Assembly: GCA_963717935.1 (NCBI GenBank)
Contig: CAVQXP010000003.1
Coordinates: 40,203 to 104,202 of the forward strand
Direction of reading: 5' to 3'
Length of the DNA: 64,000 nucleotides
From: Candidatus Eiseniibacteriota bacterium
GTDB lineage: Bacteria > Eisenbacteria > RBG-16-71-46
The notes beneath the pieces are model-generated. The model was given only the letters and a program-made list of their open reading frames with translations. It was not told the origin of the DNA and ran no database searches. Made by a program: the position numbers and the translations under genes. Of the stretch, positions 29,880 through 39,461 are shown piece by piece. Every line of letters starts with the position of its first letter. Within the stretch, counting starts at the first letter, position 1.

Positions 29880-30779
29880 CTAGGCCCGGCCCTGACGACA
29901 TGGCTGCGCGCGCCTCACGCTTTCCCACTGGATGGTGGGATGCACGATGCCGAAGCGCTCAGAAAGGTCGTGAGCGATGCGCGAGGTGAGATCGTCGTCG
30001 AAGGTCGCGCGGTCCGTGACGAGGTGTGCCGTGAGCGCGGTCTCGGTGGTGCTCATGGCCCAGATGTGGAAGTCGTGCACGTCGACGACGCCCGGCACGG
30101 CCTCGAGATAGCCCCGGACCGCCACCGGGTCGATCCGGCCGGGTACGGCGTCCATGGCCAGATCGAGCGACTCCCGCAGGATCCTCCAGGCACCGACCAC
30201 GATGAGCGCGCTCACCAGCAGGCTGACGACAGGGTCGAGCCACGGCCAGCGGGTGAAGACCATGGCCACGCCGGCGAGGACGACTCCGAGGGAGACGGCT
30301 GCATCCGCCACGAGATGCGAGGCGGCGGCGCGCACGTTCAGATCGTCGCGACGGCCACGTCCCAGGAGCCAGGCGCTCAGACCGTTCACGAGGATGCCGA
30401 GCGAGGCCACGGCGATGACCGTGGGCGCGGCGACCGGCCCCGGATGACGAAGCCGCTGCACCGCTTCGAGCGCGACGGCGCCCACCGCGATCAGCAGCAC
30501 GACGGCGTTGGCCAGCGCCGCGAGGATGGTGGAGCGCCGCAGACCATAGGTGCGCCGGGTGCTGGGCGCGCGTCGGGCCAGGAGGATCGCGCCCCAGGCG
30601 AGCAGCAGGCCGAGCACGTCGCCGAGGTTGTGACCGGCGTCCGAGAGCAGTGCGAGGGAGCCGGACCGGAACCCGAACACGACCTCGAAGACGACGAAGG
30701 TGACGTTGAGCCCCACCGCCACGAGGAAGGCGGTGCGGACCCCGTCCGCGGCGGGCGGATGTGGATGGTCATGCGTCAT
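29880..30779 (-). CDS. Cation diffusion facilitator (CzcD/ZitB-like) divalent metal efflux protein
   Basis: His-rich N-terminus MTHDHPHP, TM2 ..LLSDAGHNLGD.., TM5 ..HLVADA.., and a C-terminal domain ..VHDFHIW.. Confidence 0.9.
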   Translation of the reverse strand: MTHDHPHPPAADGVRTAFLVAVGLNVTFVVFEVVFGFRSGSLALLSDAGHNLGDVLGLLLAWGAILLARRAPSTRRTYGLRRSTILAALANAVVLLIAVGAVALEAVQRLRHPGPVAAPTVIAVASLGILVNGLSAWLLGRGRRDDLNVRAAASHLVADAAVSLGVVLAGVAMVFTRWPWLDPVVSLLVSALIVVGAWRILRESLDLAMDAVPGRIDPVAVRGYLEAVPGVVDVHDFHIWAMSTTETALTAHLVTDRATFDDDLTSRIAHDLSERFGIVHPTIQWESVRRAQPCRQGRA

Positions 30780-30812
30780 GTCGTCCTCGCGGCCGGCGCG
30801 CCGCCCGCGGAT

Positions 30813-31058
30813 TCACGCGGTCGCTCCGGACAGGATCTCCTTCAACTGTTCCACCGAGGGCACGCGTCCGGCGAACTTGAGCTCGCCATCGACGACGAGC
30901 CCGGGCGTGGACAGGATGCGATAGCCCAGGATGACGTTGAGGTCGGTGATCTTCTCGAGCTCGCAGTCGAGCCCGAGCTCCTTCACGGCGCGCTCGGTGT
31001 TCCGGTAGAGCCGTTCGCAGTTGGCGCATCCGGGGCCCAGGACCTCGATCCGGGTCAT
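30813..31058 (-). CDS. Thioredoxin-like small protein (redox-active disulfide protein 2 type)
   Basis: MTRIEVLGPGCANCERL.. has a CxxC motif. 81 aa. RBS AAAGGAG. Confidence 0.85.
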   Translation of the reverse strand: MTRIEVLGPGCANCERLYRNTERAVKELGLDCELEKITDLNVILGYRILSTPGLVVDGELKFAGRVPSVEQLKEILSGATA

Positions 31059-31105
31059 CTTCGTCTCCTTTCGGAAGAGCCCTCCGGACGGCGGAGGGCC
31101 CCGCG

Positions 31106-32140
31106 TCACATCAGCCAGTTGAACAGGTAGCCCACCAGGACGATCCCGACCGTGACCACCCCGAGGAACACCGCGATCAGCGCGGGTTTGAGCACCTTCC
31201 GCAGGATGATGGTCTCCGGCAGCGACAGCGCGATCACCGCCATCATGAACGCGAGCACCGTCCCCAGCGCGGCGCCCTTCTCGAGCAGGGCATGCACGAC
31301 CGGGATGATCCCGGCCGCGTTCGAGTACATCGGCACGCCGATGAGCACGGCGAGCGGCACCGACCACCAGGCCCCCCGGCCCATGATGGACGCCATGAAG
31401 TTCTCGGGCACCCACCCGTGGATGCCGGCGCCCACGGCGATGCCGATCAGGACGTAGGGCCAGACCTTGCCCACGATGTCGCGCACCGCCTCGAGCCCGC
31501 GGCCCAGGCGCTCCTCCCACGTCGTCCGGTGTTCGGGCAGCCCGGCCTCGCCCGCGTCCATCTGATAGACCCAGGGCTCGACGTGGCGCTCGAGCCGCAG
31601 GCGACCGATGACCCAGCCCGCGACGATGGCCACGGTCAGGCCGGTCCCGAGGTAGAGGGCCGCCACCTTCCAGCCGAACAGCCCGAACAGCAGGGCGAGC
31701 GCGACCTCGTTCACCATGGGGGCCGAGATCAGGAAGGAGAACGTCACGCCCAGCGGGATGCCCGCGGTCAGGAAGCCGATGAACAGCGGCACCGCCGAGC
31801 ACGAGCAGAACGGCGTCACGATGCCGAGGGCGGCGGCCAGCACGTTGCCCACCGACTCGGCCTTGCCCGCGAGGATGGCGCGCGTGCGCTCGGGCGTGAA
31901 GAACGAGCGCACCACGCCGACGCCGAACACGACCAGCGTCAGGAGCAGGAGCACCTTGGGTGTCTCGTAGACGAAGAACTCGACCGCGCTGGCGAGGTGC
32001 GTGCCGGCGTCGAGCCCCAGCAGGTCGCGCGTGAACCACGCGGCCGCCTGCTGGAGCGCGCCGTAGAGCGCGACCCAGAGCAACAGGGCGCCCGCCAGGG
32101 AGAGGAGCAGGCGCGGAAGCCGCGCCGGGGGCCTGCTCAT
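31106..32140 (-). CDS. Permease of the COG0701/ArsP-like family with CSC motif
   Basis: ..VTPFCSCSAVPLFIGF.. and the overall two-repeat topology. This permease commonly sits next to ArsR and the small thioredoxin-like protein. Confidence 0.85.
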   Translation of the reverse strand: MSRPPARLPRLLLSLAGALLLWVALYGALQQAAAWFTRDLLGLDAGTHLASAVEFFVYETPKVLLLLTLVVFGVGVVRSFFTPERTRAILAGKAESVGNVLAAALGIVTPFCSCSAVPLFIGFLTAGIPLGVTFSFLISAPMVNEVALALLFGLFGWKVAALYLGTGLTVAIVAGWVIGRLRLERHVEPWVYQMDAGEAGLPEHRTTWEERLGRGLEAVRDIVGKVWPYVLIGIAVGAGIHGWVPENFMASIMGRGAWWSVPLAVLIGVPMYSNAAGIIPVVHALLEKGAALGTVLAFMMAVIALSLPETIILRKVLKPALIAVFLGVVTVGIVLVGYLFNWLM

Positions 32141-32147
32141 CGGGGTC

Positions 32148-33215
32148 TCACGCCGCCGGCTCGCGGAACCAGCGCCGCCGCAACCACAGCGCCACGTTCA
32201 CCAGGCCGATCAGGGCCGGCACCTCGACCAGCGGCCCGATCACCGCCGCGAAGGCGGCGCCGTGGTGGATGCCGAAGGTCGCGACCGCCACGGCGATGGC
32301 CAGCTCGAAGTTGTTCGAGGCGGCGGTGAACGAGAGCGTCGCCGACTGCGGGTAGCTCGCGCCCACCCGCTTGCTCATGAAGAACGAGACCATGAACATG
32401 ACGACGAAGTAGATGAGCAGCGGGATGGCGATGCGCACCACGTCGAAGGGCAGCTGGACGATCTTCTCGCCCTTGAGCGAGAACATCACGACGATGGTGA
32501 AGAGCAGGGCGATCAGCGTGATCGGGCTGATCTTCGGGATGAACCGGCGCTGGTACCAGTCCCTTCCCTTCGCCCGCAGCAGCGCGAAGCGCGTGATGAT
32601 CCCGGCCAGGAACGGAATGCCGAGGTAGATGAAGACGCTCCGGGCGATCTCGGCCATCGTGATGTTCACGGCCACGCCCTTCAATCCGAGCCAGCCCGGC
32701 GCGAGCGTGATGAAGACGTAGGCGTAGAGCGGGAAGAAGAGCACCTGGAAGACCGAGTTGAAGGCGACCAGGCCCGCGCAGTACTCGCTGTCGCCCCGGG
32801 CCAGGTCGTTCCAGACGATGACCATGGCGATGCAGCGCGCCAGGCCGATCAGGATGAGCCCCACCATGTACTCGGGCTGGTCCCGCAGGAAGAGCACGGC
32901 GAGGCCGAACATGAGGATCGGGCCGACCACCCAGTTCTGCACCAGCGAGAGCGCGAGCACCCGCCCATCGCGGAAGACGCGGCCCATCTCCTCGTAGCGG
33001 ACCTTCGCCAGCGGCGGGTACATCATGAGGATGAGCCCGATGGCGATGGGGATGGACGTGGTGCCGGCGTTGAAGCGGTTCAGGAAGGGCACCAGGCCGG
33101 GGAACCGCCAGCCACCGCCGACGCCGACGGCCATGGCGAGGAAGATCCAGAGCGTCAGGTAGCGGTCGAGGAAGGAGAGCCGGCCGGTGACTCCGGCAGG
33201 GGAGGGCTCAGGCAT
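32148..33215 (-). CDS. acr3: Arsenite efflux transporter, ACR3 family
   Basis: ..[59 protein letters not shown].. are ACR3 blocks. Confidence 0.9.
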   Translation of the reverse strand: MPEPSPAGVTGRLSFLDRYLTLWIFLAMAVGVGGGWRFPGLVPFLNRFNAGTTSIPIAIGLILMMYPPLAKVRYEEMGRVFRDGRVLALSLVQNWVVGPILMFGLAVLFLRDQPEYMVGLILIGLARCIAMVIVWNDLARGDSEYCAGLVAFNSVFQVLFFPLYAYVFITLAPGWLGLKGVAVNITMAEIARSVFIYLGIPFLAGIITRFALLRAKGRDWYQRRFIPKISPITLIALLFTIVVMFSLKGEKIVQLPFDVVRIAIPLLIYFVVMFMVSFFMSKRVGASYPQSATLSFTAASNNFELAIAVAVATFGIHHGAAFAAVIGPLVEVPALIGLVNVALWLRRRWFREPAA

Positions 33216-33684
33216 GCGAAGGTCCGCTTCGGCGGGAGGGCGCGCGCGCGGGCGATGCGCGCCGGGCCCGGCGGGCGGGGCGGGGTGCCGCGACCTGCGC
33301 GAGACGCGACGGCGCCCGCCGGGCCGGTGGCAGGGCGCACAGCGCCTCGACCGGGACGGCCTTCACGCTGCGCAACCGGCGGCGGTCCTCGAGGATGCGG
33401 GGCTCCCGGTCGAGCGGCCCGCGCAGCAGGGCCAGCACCGCGCGGGCGTAGGGGTTGCGCTTCTCCGTGGCGAGCGCGTAGTGGCTCCAGCGGCCGTCGC
33501 GCCGGTCGGCCACCAGTCCCGCGACCCGGAGCAGCGCCAGGTGCTTCGAGACCGTGGAGGGAGCGAGCCCGAGCACGGCCTGCACCTGGCAGACGCACAG
33601 CGGGCCGGCCTCGAGCAGCTTGAGGATGCGCGTGCGGGTCGGGTCGCCGGCGGCCTTGAGCGCCGCCTCGAGCTCAAGCAGCAT
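33208..33684 (-). CDS. arsR: ArsR/SmtB-family metalloregulator with long C-terminal tail
   Basis: ..[50 protein letters not shown].. is a wHTH with a CVC metal-site motif. ATG at 33684 with a GGAAGGA RBS. The 3' end overlaps the acr3 start by 8 nt. Confidence 0.85.
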   Translation of the reverse strand: MLLELEAALKAAGDPTRTRILKLLEAGPLCVCQVQAVLGLAPSTVSKHLALLRVAGLVADRRDGRWSHYALATEKRNPYARAVLALLRGPLDREPRILEDRRRLRSVKAVPVEALCALPPARRAPSRLAQVAAPRPARRARRASPARAPSRRSGPSHA

Positions 33685-33836
33685 GGCCGTCCTTCCATTT
33701 CGCCATGTGACGAAATGTAGTATCATGGCGCGTGGCCGTCAAGCGGCTCCGGGTTCGCCGGGCCGTCCGTGCCGCCGCGGTGCCCGAGATCGAGAGGCTG
33801 CTCGAGCCCCGAACGCCGAGTCCAAGGAGGATCCCA

Positions 33837-34238
33837 GTGACAGGTCGCACCGGACGCACCGCGCTGCTGCTCGTGAGCCTGGTGCTCATCGCTGCCGTGC
33901 CCGCTCTCGCCCGCAAGGCCCCGAAGCCCGCGCCGCCCGCCGCGCTCCCGCGCCTCCTGGACCTGGGCGCGACGAAGTGCATCCCGTGCAAGCGCATGGC
34001 CCCCATCCTCGAGGCGCTCAAGGTGGATTACGCCGGCGCCGTGGACGTGCAGTTCATCGATGTCTGGCAGAACCCGCAGGCCGGCAGGCCGTACGGCATC
34101 CGGCTGATCCCCACGCAGATCTTCTTCGACCGGGCGGGCCGCGAGCGGTTCCGGCACGAGGGCTTCTACGCCCGCAAGGAGATCGAGCGGATCTTCAAGG
34201 ACAGTCTCGGCGTGGCCCTGCGCCCCGCGGCGAAGTAG
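33837..34238 (+). CDS. Secreted/membrane-anchored thioredoxin-fold protein (TlpA/DsbE-like)
   Basis: GTG at 33837 follows AAGGAGG. It has a signal/anchor segment TALLLVSLVLIAAVPALA and the CxxC motif ..GATKCIPCKRM.. Confidence 0.75.
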   Translation: MTGRTGRTALLLVSLVLIAAVPALARKAPKPAPPAALPRLLDLGATKCIPCKRMAPILEALKVDYAGAVDVQFIDVWQNPQAGRPYGIRLIPTQIFFDRAGRERFRHEGFYARKEIERIFKDSLGVALRPAAK

Positions 34239-34254
34239 CGGGACCGGGGGACGC

Positions 34255-34953
34255 GTGGACGTCCTGGAGGGTCTGAGCGAGCAGCTCGCCTCGGTCATCG
34301 CCCACAGTCCCGCGCTGGCGCCGCTGGCCGCGTTCCTCGGCGGCGCGCTCACCGCGCTCAACCCGTGCGTGCTGGCGATGGTCCCGCTCATGGTCGGCTT
34401 CTCGGCCGGCCTGGTCGGGCGTGGCGCGACGGGGCGCCCCTGGCGGCGCACCCTGGGTTTCTCCCTGCTCTTCGTCGGGGGCTTCGCGCTCGAGCTGGCG
34501 CTGCTCTTCACCGTCTTCTCCGGCGCGACGGCGGTCCTGAGCGCGCCCTGGTGGCGCTACGTGCTGGTGGCCGTGTGCGCCGTCACCGCGCTGCACCTGC
34601 TCGGCTGGCTGCGCCTGCCGTCGATCCCCCTGCCGCCGGCCGCCGCGCGGGCCGCGGGCGCGCTGGGCGCGCTCACGCTCGGCTTCGTCTTCGGGATCGT
34701 CTCGCTGCCGTGCACGGGGCCGGTGCTGCTGCTGCTGCTGGCCCTGGTCCCGCGGATCGGCGCGGCCGCGGCGGGCGGCCTGCTGTTCGCCTACGGGCTC
34801 GGGCACTCGCTGCTGCTGCTCGTGGCCGGTACCTCGGTCGGCGCGGCCGCGGCGCTCGCCCGCCCGGGCCGTCTCCAGACCGCGACCCGCTGGGTGCGCG
34901 TGGTCGCGGCCCTCCTGATCCTCGCGGGCGGGGCCTGGTTGTTCACGCACTGA
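34255..34953 (+). CDS. ccdA: Cytochrome c biogenesis/thiol-disulfide transporter CcdA (DsbD core family)
   Basis: Six TM helices with the two conserved Cys motifs ..LNPCVLAMVP.. and ..SLPCTGPVL.. Confidence 0.85.
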   Translation: MDVLEGLSEQLASVIAHSPALAPLAAFLGGALTALNPCVLAMVPLMVGFSAGLVGRGATGRPWRRTLGFSLLFVGGFALELALLFTVFSGATAVLSAPWWRYVLVAVCAVTALHLLGWLRLPSIPLPPAAARAAGALGALTLGFVFGIVSLPCTGPVLLLLLALVPRIGAAAAGGLLFAYGLGHSLLLLVAGTSVGAAAALARPGRLQTATRWVRVVAALLILAGGAWLFTH

Positions 34954-35124
34954 GGCGCCCGCCGGCCGGACCGTCTCCTGCTCCTTCACGGACTCCGACG
35001 CCACGGCCGGCAGTCCCGGGCCGCGCAGCCTGATCTTCGTCGCTGGCGCAGCGGGGGTCTCTGCTATCATGCCGCCCGTCCCGCGCTCCGCGGCCGACGC
35101 CAGGCCGGGTCTCGACGAGCACGG

Positions 35125-36096
35125 ATGAGCCTGGGGAGGTGCATGACCTTGAGTGCCGCACCGGATGACGGCCCGGCGGCGGGCCGGGCCCCTGCGGCGG
35201 CGCGCGCCGCGACCGTCCGGTCCCTGCAGCAGGGCCGCGGATCGGGCACCCGCAGCGCCGCGGTGTTCCGGCTCACGCGCGCCGAGGAGCGCCGCCTGCT
35301 GTCCGCGGCCCGCGGCGGGGACCGCAGGGCGCTCGACCGGCTGCTTCGGCTGCTGAGCGGGCCCGTATACCGCTTCGGCCGCGGCTTCTGCGGCGACCCG
35401 CACGATGCCGAGGACGTGGCGCAGGTCACGCTGGTCGCGCTCGCTCGCTCGCTGCGTGACTTCCGCGGCGAGTCCTCGCTCACGACCTGGGCCTACACGG
35501 TGGCGCGCAACGCCTGCACCCGGCACCGGCGCCGCGGAGCGCACACGCCCGCGCGACTCGAGTCGCTCGACGCCGGCACGCCCGCCCGCCCGGGCGCGCT
35601 CCAGGTCGCGGACCCGCGCGGGGATCCGCACCGGGCGCTCGAGCGCACGGAACTGCGCGACGCGCTGCGACGGGCCATCGCGGCGCTGCCGCCCTCGCAG
35701 CGCGAGGTGCTCGTGCTGCGCGACGTCGAGGGATTGCCCGCGAAACAGGTGGGGGAGGCCCTGCGGCTCTCGGAGCGCGCGGTCAAGTCACGGCTCCACC
35801 GCGCCCGTGTCGCCCTGCGCGACATGCTCGCGCCGCACGCGCCGCACGCGGCGGCGGCCCCGCGCTGCCCCGACACGGCGCGGCTCGTGAGCCGCTACCT
35901 CGAGGGCGAGCTCGACCCCGACGCGTGCGCGAAGCTCGAGACCCACGTGAAGAACTGCCCGGACTGCGGCGCGACCTGCGCGACCCTGAGGGACGTGCTC
36001 GTCACCTGCCGCTCCTGGGGAGGCGAGAAGCTGCCCGAGCAGGTCCGCGCGTCGCTCAAGCAGGCCATCCGGCAGGTGGCCCGGGCGGGATCCTGA
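35125..36096 (+). CDS. ECF sigma factor with fused C-terminal zinc-finger anti-sigma (ZAS-like) Cys-rich domain
   Basis: Sigma region 2 (..DAEDVAQVTLVAL..TWAYTVARN..) and region 4 (..QREVLVLRDVEGLPAKQVGEALRLSERAVKSRLHRAR..) are followed by ..CPD..YLEGEL......ETHVKNCPDCGATC.. (HxxxCxxC). The start could be 35125 or 35143. Confidence 0.8.
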   Translation: MSLGRCMTLSAAPDDGPAAGRAPAAARAATVRSLQQGRGSGTRSAAVFRLTRAEERRLLSAARGGDRRALDRLLRLLSGPVYRFGRGFCGDPHDAEDVAQVTLVALARSLRDFRGESSLTTWAYTVARNACTRHRRRGAHTPARLESLDAGTPARPGALQVADPRGDPHRALERTELRDALRRAIAALPPSQREVLVLRDVEGLPAKQVGEALRLSERAVKSRLHRARVALRDMLAPHAPHAAAAPRCPDTARLVSRYLEGELDPDACAKLETHVKNCPDCGATCATLRDVLVTCRSWGGEKLPEQVRASLKQAIRQVARAGS

Positions 36097-36137
36097 GCGC
36101 CCGCGTCACGACCGAGGTCCCGATCCGGGAGGAACGC

Positions 36138-36501
36138 ATGTCCAGTCGCTCGAAGACCGACCGCCGGCGATTCCTGAAGACCGTCGGCCTGGCCGGGGTC
36201 TCGTCGGCGCTCGTCGCGCCGGCGCTCTCCGGCGCCCAGCTGCCCACGACGGCCGCGCCACCCGCTCCGGCGGCGGCTCCCGCGCCCGCCGACCTGGCGA
36301 AGGCCGCAGGCGCCGCCCGAGGTCGGCGAGGACGCACGCGCCCTCGCCGGGATCATCGAGCGGCGCTGCGGCCGGCACCTCTCGAAGGAGCAGCTGGAAT
36401 CCATCGCGCGGGACTTCGACGGCGACCTCAAGGCTCTGAAGCGCATGCGGGAGGTGAAGCTGGGCAACGGCGACGAGCCCGACTTCACCTTCCGGGCGTA
36501 G
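36138..36501 (+). pseudogene. Small twin-arginine (Tat) signal protein upstream of the amidase, apparent +1 frameshift near 36311-36319
   Basis: MSSRSKTDRRRFLKTVGLAGVSSALVAPALSGAQ is a Tat signal in frame 0. From 36319 the high-GC3 frame is +1: EVGEDARALAGIIERRCGRHLSKEQLESIARDFDGDLKALKRMREVKLGNGDEPDFTFRA-stop (36499-36501). Confidence 0.6.
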
Positions 36502-36516
36502 GCAGGAGGAACGGCC

Positions 36517-37968
36517 ATGGAAACGCAGGCACGCGCCGTCCCGCAGACGCCGGACGCACTCGACGAGAGCGTCTTCTTCCTGTCGGTCTCCGAGCTCGCG
36601 GAGCGCATCCGCGCGAAGCGGCTGAAGCCCACCGACCTCGTGGCGGGCTGTCTCGACCGGCTCGAGCGGCTGGGCCCGAAGTACAACGCCGTGGCCGCGC
36701 TGATGCGCGGCGCGGCGATGGACGAGGCCCGGGTGGCCGAACGCGAGCTGGCGCGCGGCCGGGATCGCGGGCCGCTCCACGGCATCCCCTATGGCGTGAA
36801 GGACCTGCTCGCCACGAAGGGCGTGCCCACCACCTGGGGCGCCGAGCCGTACCGGGACCAGGTCTTCGACTACGACGCGACCGTGGTGCGCAGGCTGCGC
36901 GAGGCGGGCGCGGTGCTGGTCGCCAAGCTCGCGATGGTCGAGCTGGCGGGCGGCATGGGCTACAACCACGCGAACGCCTCGATCACCGGCCCGGGTCTCA
37001 CGCCGTGGAACACGAGGTTCTGGAGCGGCGGCTCCTCGAGCGGTCCCGGCGCCGCCGTGGCGGCGGGCCTCGTGCCCTTCGCCATCGGCTCGGAGACCTC
37101 GGGCTCGATCCTCACGCCCTCGGCCTTCTGCGGCGTGACGGGCCTGCGGCCCACCTACGGGCTCGTCAGCCGGCACGGCGCGATGGCCCTGTGCTGGACG
37201 CTCGACAAGCTCGGGCCGCTGGGGCGCACCGCCGACGATTGCGCGCTCGTGCTCGCCGCCATGGCGGGGCCCGACCCGCTCGACGAGAGCGCGGTCGCGC
37301 GCGGCTTCGCGCACGTCCGGCCTGCGCCGCTCGGTGGCGCGAGGAAGCCGCGGCTGGCGGTGCCGAAGGGCGTGACCGAGAAGGTGCAGCCCGCGGTGCG
37401 CGCGAACTTCGAGGAGGCGCTGCGCGTCCTCGGCGGCGACGTCGAGCTGACGCGCGACGTCGAGTGGCCCGATTTCCCCTGGGGGCCCGCGGTCGGGACC
37501 ATCGTGGGGGCGGAGGGCGCGGCCGCGTTCCTCGACCTGCTCGAGTCGGGCCGGGTGCAGCAGCTCACCTGTCCGGCCGACCGCGCGGGCGGCTACTCCT
37601 CGCTCCTGCTGCCGGCGGTGGACTACCTGCAGGCGATGCGCCTGCGGCGGCCCATGAAGCTGGCGGTGGCGCGGCTCTTCGAGCGCTTCGACGCGGTGGT
37701 GGCGCCGACGCGCGCGAGCGTGGCCTACCCGGCCGACCGCAACTTCGAGGACGCCTACCCCGGCGTGAGCGGCGGTCCCGCGCTGATCGCGGCCGGCAAT
37801 CTGTGCGGGCAGCCCGCGCTCGCGCTGCCGGACGGCTTCGGCGAGAATGGGCTGCCCACGTCGTTCCAGCTCATGGGGCCGGCGTTCTCGGAAGCGCTGC
37901 TGGTGCGGATCGGACACGCGTACCAGCAGCGGACGGACTGGCACAAGCGGCGCCCGCCGGCCGCGTGA
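36517..37968 (+). CDS. Amidase-signature (GatA-like) family amidase, no signal peptide
   Basis: ..LHGIPYGVKDL.. and ..GGSSSGPGAAVAAG..FAIGSETSGSI.. form the amidase signature. RBS AGGAGGA. Confidence 0.9.
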   Translation: METQARAVPQTPDALDESVFFLSVSELAERIRAKRLKPTDLVAGCLDRLERLGPKYNAVAALMRGAAMDEARVAERELARGRDRGPLHGIPYGVKDLLATKGVPTTWGAEPYRDQVFDYDATVVRRLREAGAVLVAKLAMVELAGGMGYNHANASITGPGLTPWNTRFWSGGSSSGPGAAVAAGLVPFAIGSETSGSILTPSAFCGVTGLRPTYGLVSRHGAMALCWTLDKLGPLGRTADDCALVLAAMAGPDPLDESAVARGFAHVRPAPLGGARKPRLAVPKGVTEKVQPAVRANFEEALRVLGGDVELTRDVEWPDFPWGPAVGTIVGAEGAAAFLDLLESGRVQQLTCPADRAGGYSSLLLPAVDYLQAMRLRRPMKLAVARLFERFDAVVAPTRASVAYPADRNFEDAYPGVSGGPALIAAGNLCGQPALALPDGFGENGLPTSFQLMGPAFSEALLVRIGHAYQQRTDWHKRRPPAA

Positions 37969-38056
37969 GCGGCGCGGGCGCCCCGGAGGCGTCGTACGCG
38001 GTACCCGGCGGCGCGGCATCGGGCTGCGTCGCCCATCCAGGAAGGAGAGCCGAGCC

Positions 38057-38428
38057 ATGCGGAAGACGAAGTGGACGATCGCGCTCGTCGCGGCGGTGTG
38101 CGCGGTGCTGGCGCTGGGCTGTGCGGGGGATGTCGGCAAGCAGGTGATGGCCAGCCCCGAGCTGCAGGCGAAGGTCATGGACATGATCAGCGCGAGCCCG
38201 TCGACGGCCGGCGGCATGGTGGACCGGCTGCTTTCGAGTGACAGCACGCGCGCGCTGGTCATCGAGAAGCTGGTGAGCAGCGCGGGCGGTGCGCAGGCGG
38301 TGATGGAGGTGGTCGCGGGGAACCAGACCCTCATGGACGGCGCGCTCAACATCGCGATGCAGGATCCGGCCATGAAAGAGCACGTCATGACGCTCTTCCG
38401 GGGCATGAGGATGGCGGGCGCGAAGTAG
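38057..38428 (+). CDS. Small lipoprotein, unknown function
   Basis: MRKTKWTIALVAAVCAVLALGCAG has a signal peptide with lipobox LALGC. RBS AAGGAGAG. Confidence 0.65.
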   Translation: MRKTKWTIALVAAVCAVLALGCAGDVGKQVMASPELQAKVMDMISASPSTAGGMVDRLLSSDSTRALVIEKLVSSAGGAQAVMEVVAGNQTLMDGALNIAMQDPAMKEHVMTLFRGMRMAGAK

Positions 38429-38519
38429 CGCCGGTGCGTGTGAGGCGCGTGCGGGCGGGGGAACGCCGGCCCCGCCCGCGTGGCCCGCGGGGTCGTCCTC
38501 GATCAGGCCGTGGCGGGGG

Positions 38520-39299
38520 CTACTTCTTCTGGAAGACGTAGAGCCCGAAGCCGAGCGTGTCGCGGCCCCAGTGCTCGTAGGCCTCGCGGTGGCGGCGGCT
38601 GCGCTTCCACATGGTCTCGGCCTCGGGGTCCTCGGGGTGGCCAGCCGCGTACTCTTCGACCGCGCTGGAGCGGAGCCCCTCGTAGCGGTCCCACTCGTCC
38701 TCGGTGCTGACGGCGGTGCAGATCGGGACCAGGCCAGCCTCCTCGCCCGCGCGCACGTTGCGCGGGTGGTCCAGCAGATCGTCCGGGCCGAGGCCCAGGG
38801 CGGCGAGGTAGTCGGGGTGGGGGCGCCGCCGCCAGAAGTGCTCACCCACCAGGACGCGTCCGTGCGGCCGGACGATGCCGGCCAGCGCGCGCAGCGTGTC
38901 GCGATAGCCCCCGTAGGCCTCGGTCGAGCCCACGCACAGCGCGGCGTCGAAGGAACCCGGCTCGGCCGGGAAGTCGCAGGCGGGCTGCTCGTGGAAGGCG
39001 AGGTCGGCCTGCGGCCCGCGCGACCTGGCCCGGACGCGCGCGTCGGCCACGAACGCGGGGTTCACGTCCACGCCCACGCCGCGTGCGCCCCAGCGGCCCG
39101 CGAGCCGCACCAGCATCTCGCCCTTGCCGCAGCCCACGTCGAGCGCGCGGGCGCCCTGCGGCAGCTCGAGCATGCAGAGCACCTGGTCCACCTTGGGACC
39201 GCTCAGCGGGCTGAGGAAGACGTGATCCCGGTGGGCGATCGTGGTGAAGCGGAGCTGGTCCGTCAGCGTTGCGGTGGAGGGAGTCATCCGGTGCGTCAT
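38520..39299 (-). CDS. Class I SAM-dependent methyltransferase
   Basis: ..ARALDVGCGKGEM.. is SAM motif I, followed by ..FDAALCVGS.. and ..GRVLVGE.. The start is ATG 39299 or 39287. Confidence 0.8.
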   Translation of the reverse strand: MTHRMTPSTATLTDQLRFTTIAHRDHVFLSPLSGPKVDQVLCMLELPQGARALDVGCGKGEMLVRLAGRWGARGVGVDVNPAFVADARVRARSRGPQADLAFHEQPACDFPAEPGSFDAALCVGSTEAYGGYRDTLRALAGIVRPHGRVLVGEHFWRRRPHPDYLAALGLGPDDLLDHPRNVRAGEEAGLVPICTAVSTEDEWDRYEGLRSSAVEEYAAGHPEDPEAETMWKRSRRHREAYEHWGRDTLGFGLYVFQKK

Positions 39300-39461
39300 G
39301 TTGGACGAAGCCGGGGGCTCGCGCAAGGGAGAACCTCGAGGCGCCTTCCCCCATGCAAGTGACGCGCCGTTCCCGCGCGACGCAGGACGCACCGGGAGCA
39401 GCGCGAAGCCCCCGGCCGGAGGAACCGGGGGCTTCGTGGCCGCGTTTCGTGGGGGAATGGC

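Noticed and set aside
35925-38147. 740-aa plus-strand ORF spanning the Tat mini-protein and the amidase
   Set aside because: After the Tat signal, the third-position G/C bias moves to another frame and the product becomes Arg/Gly/Ala junk. The amidase is a separate ORF (36517..37968) in the other frame.
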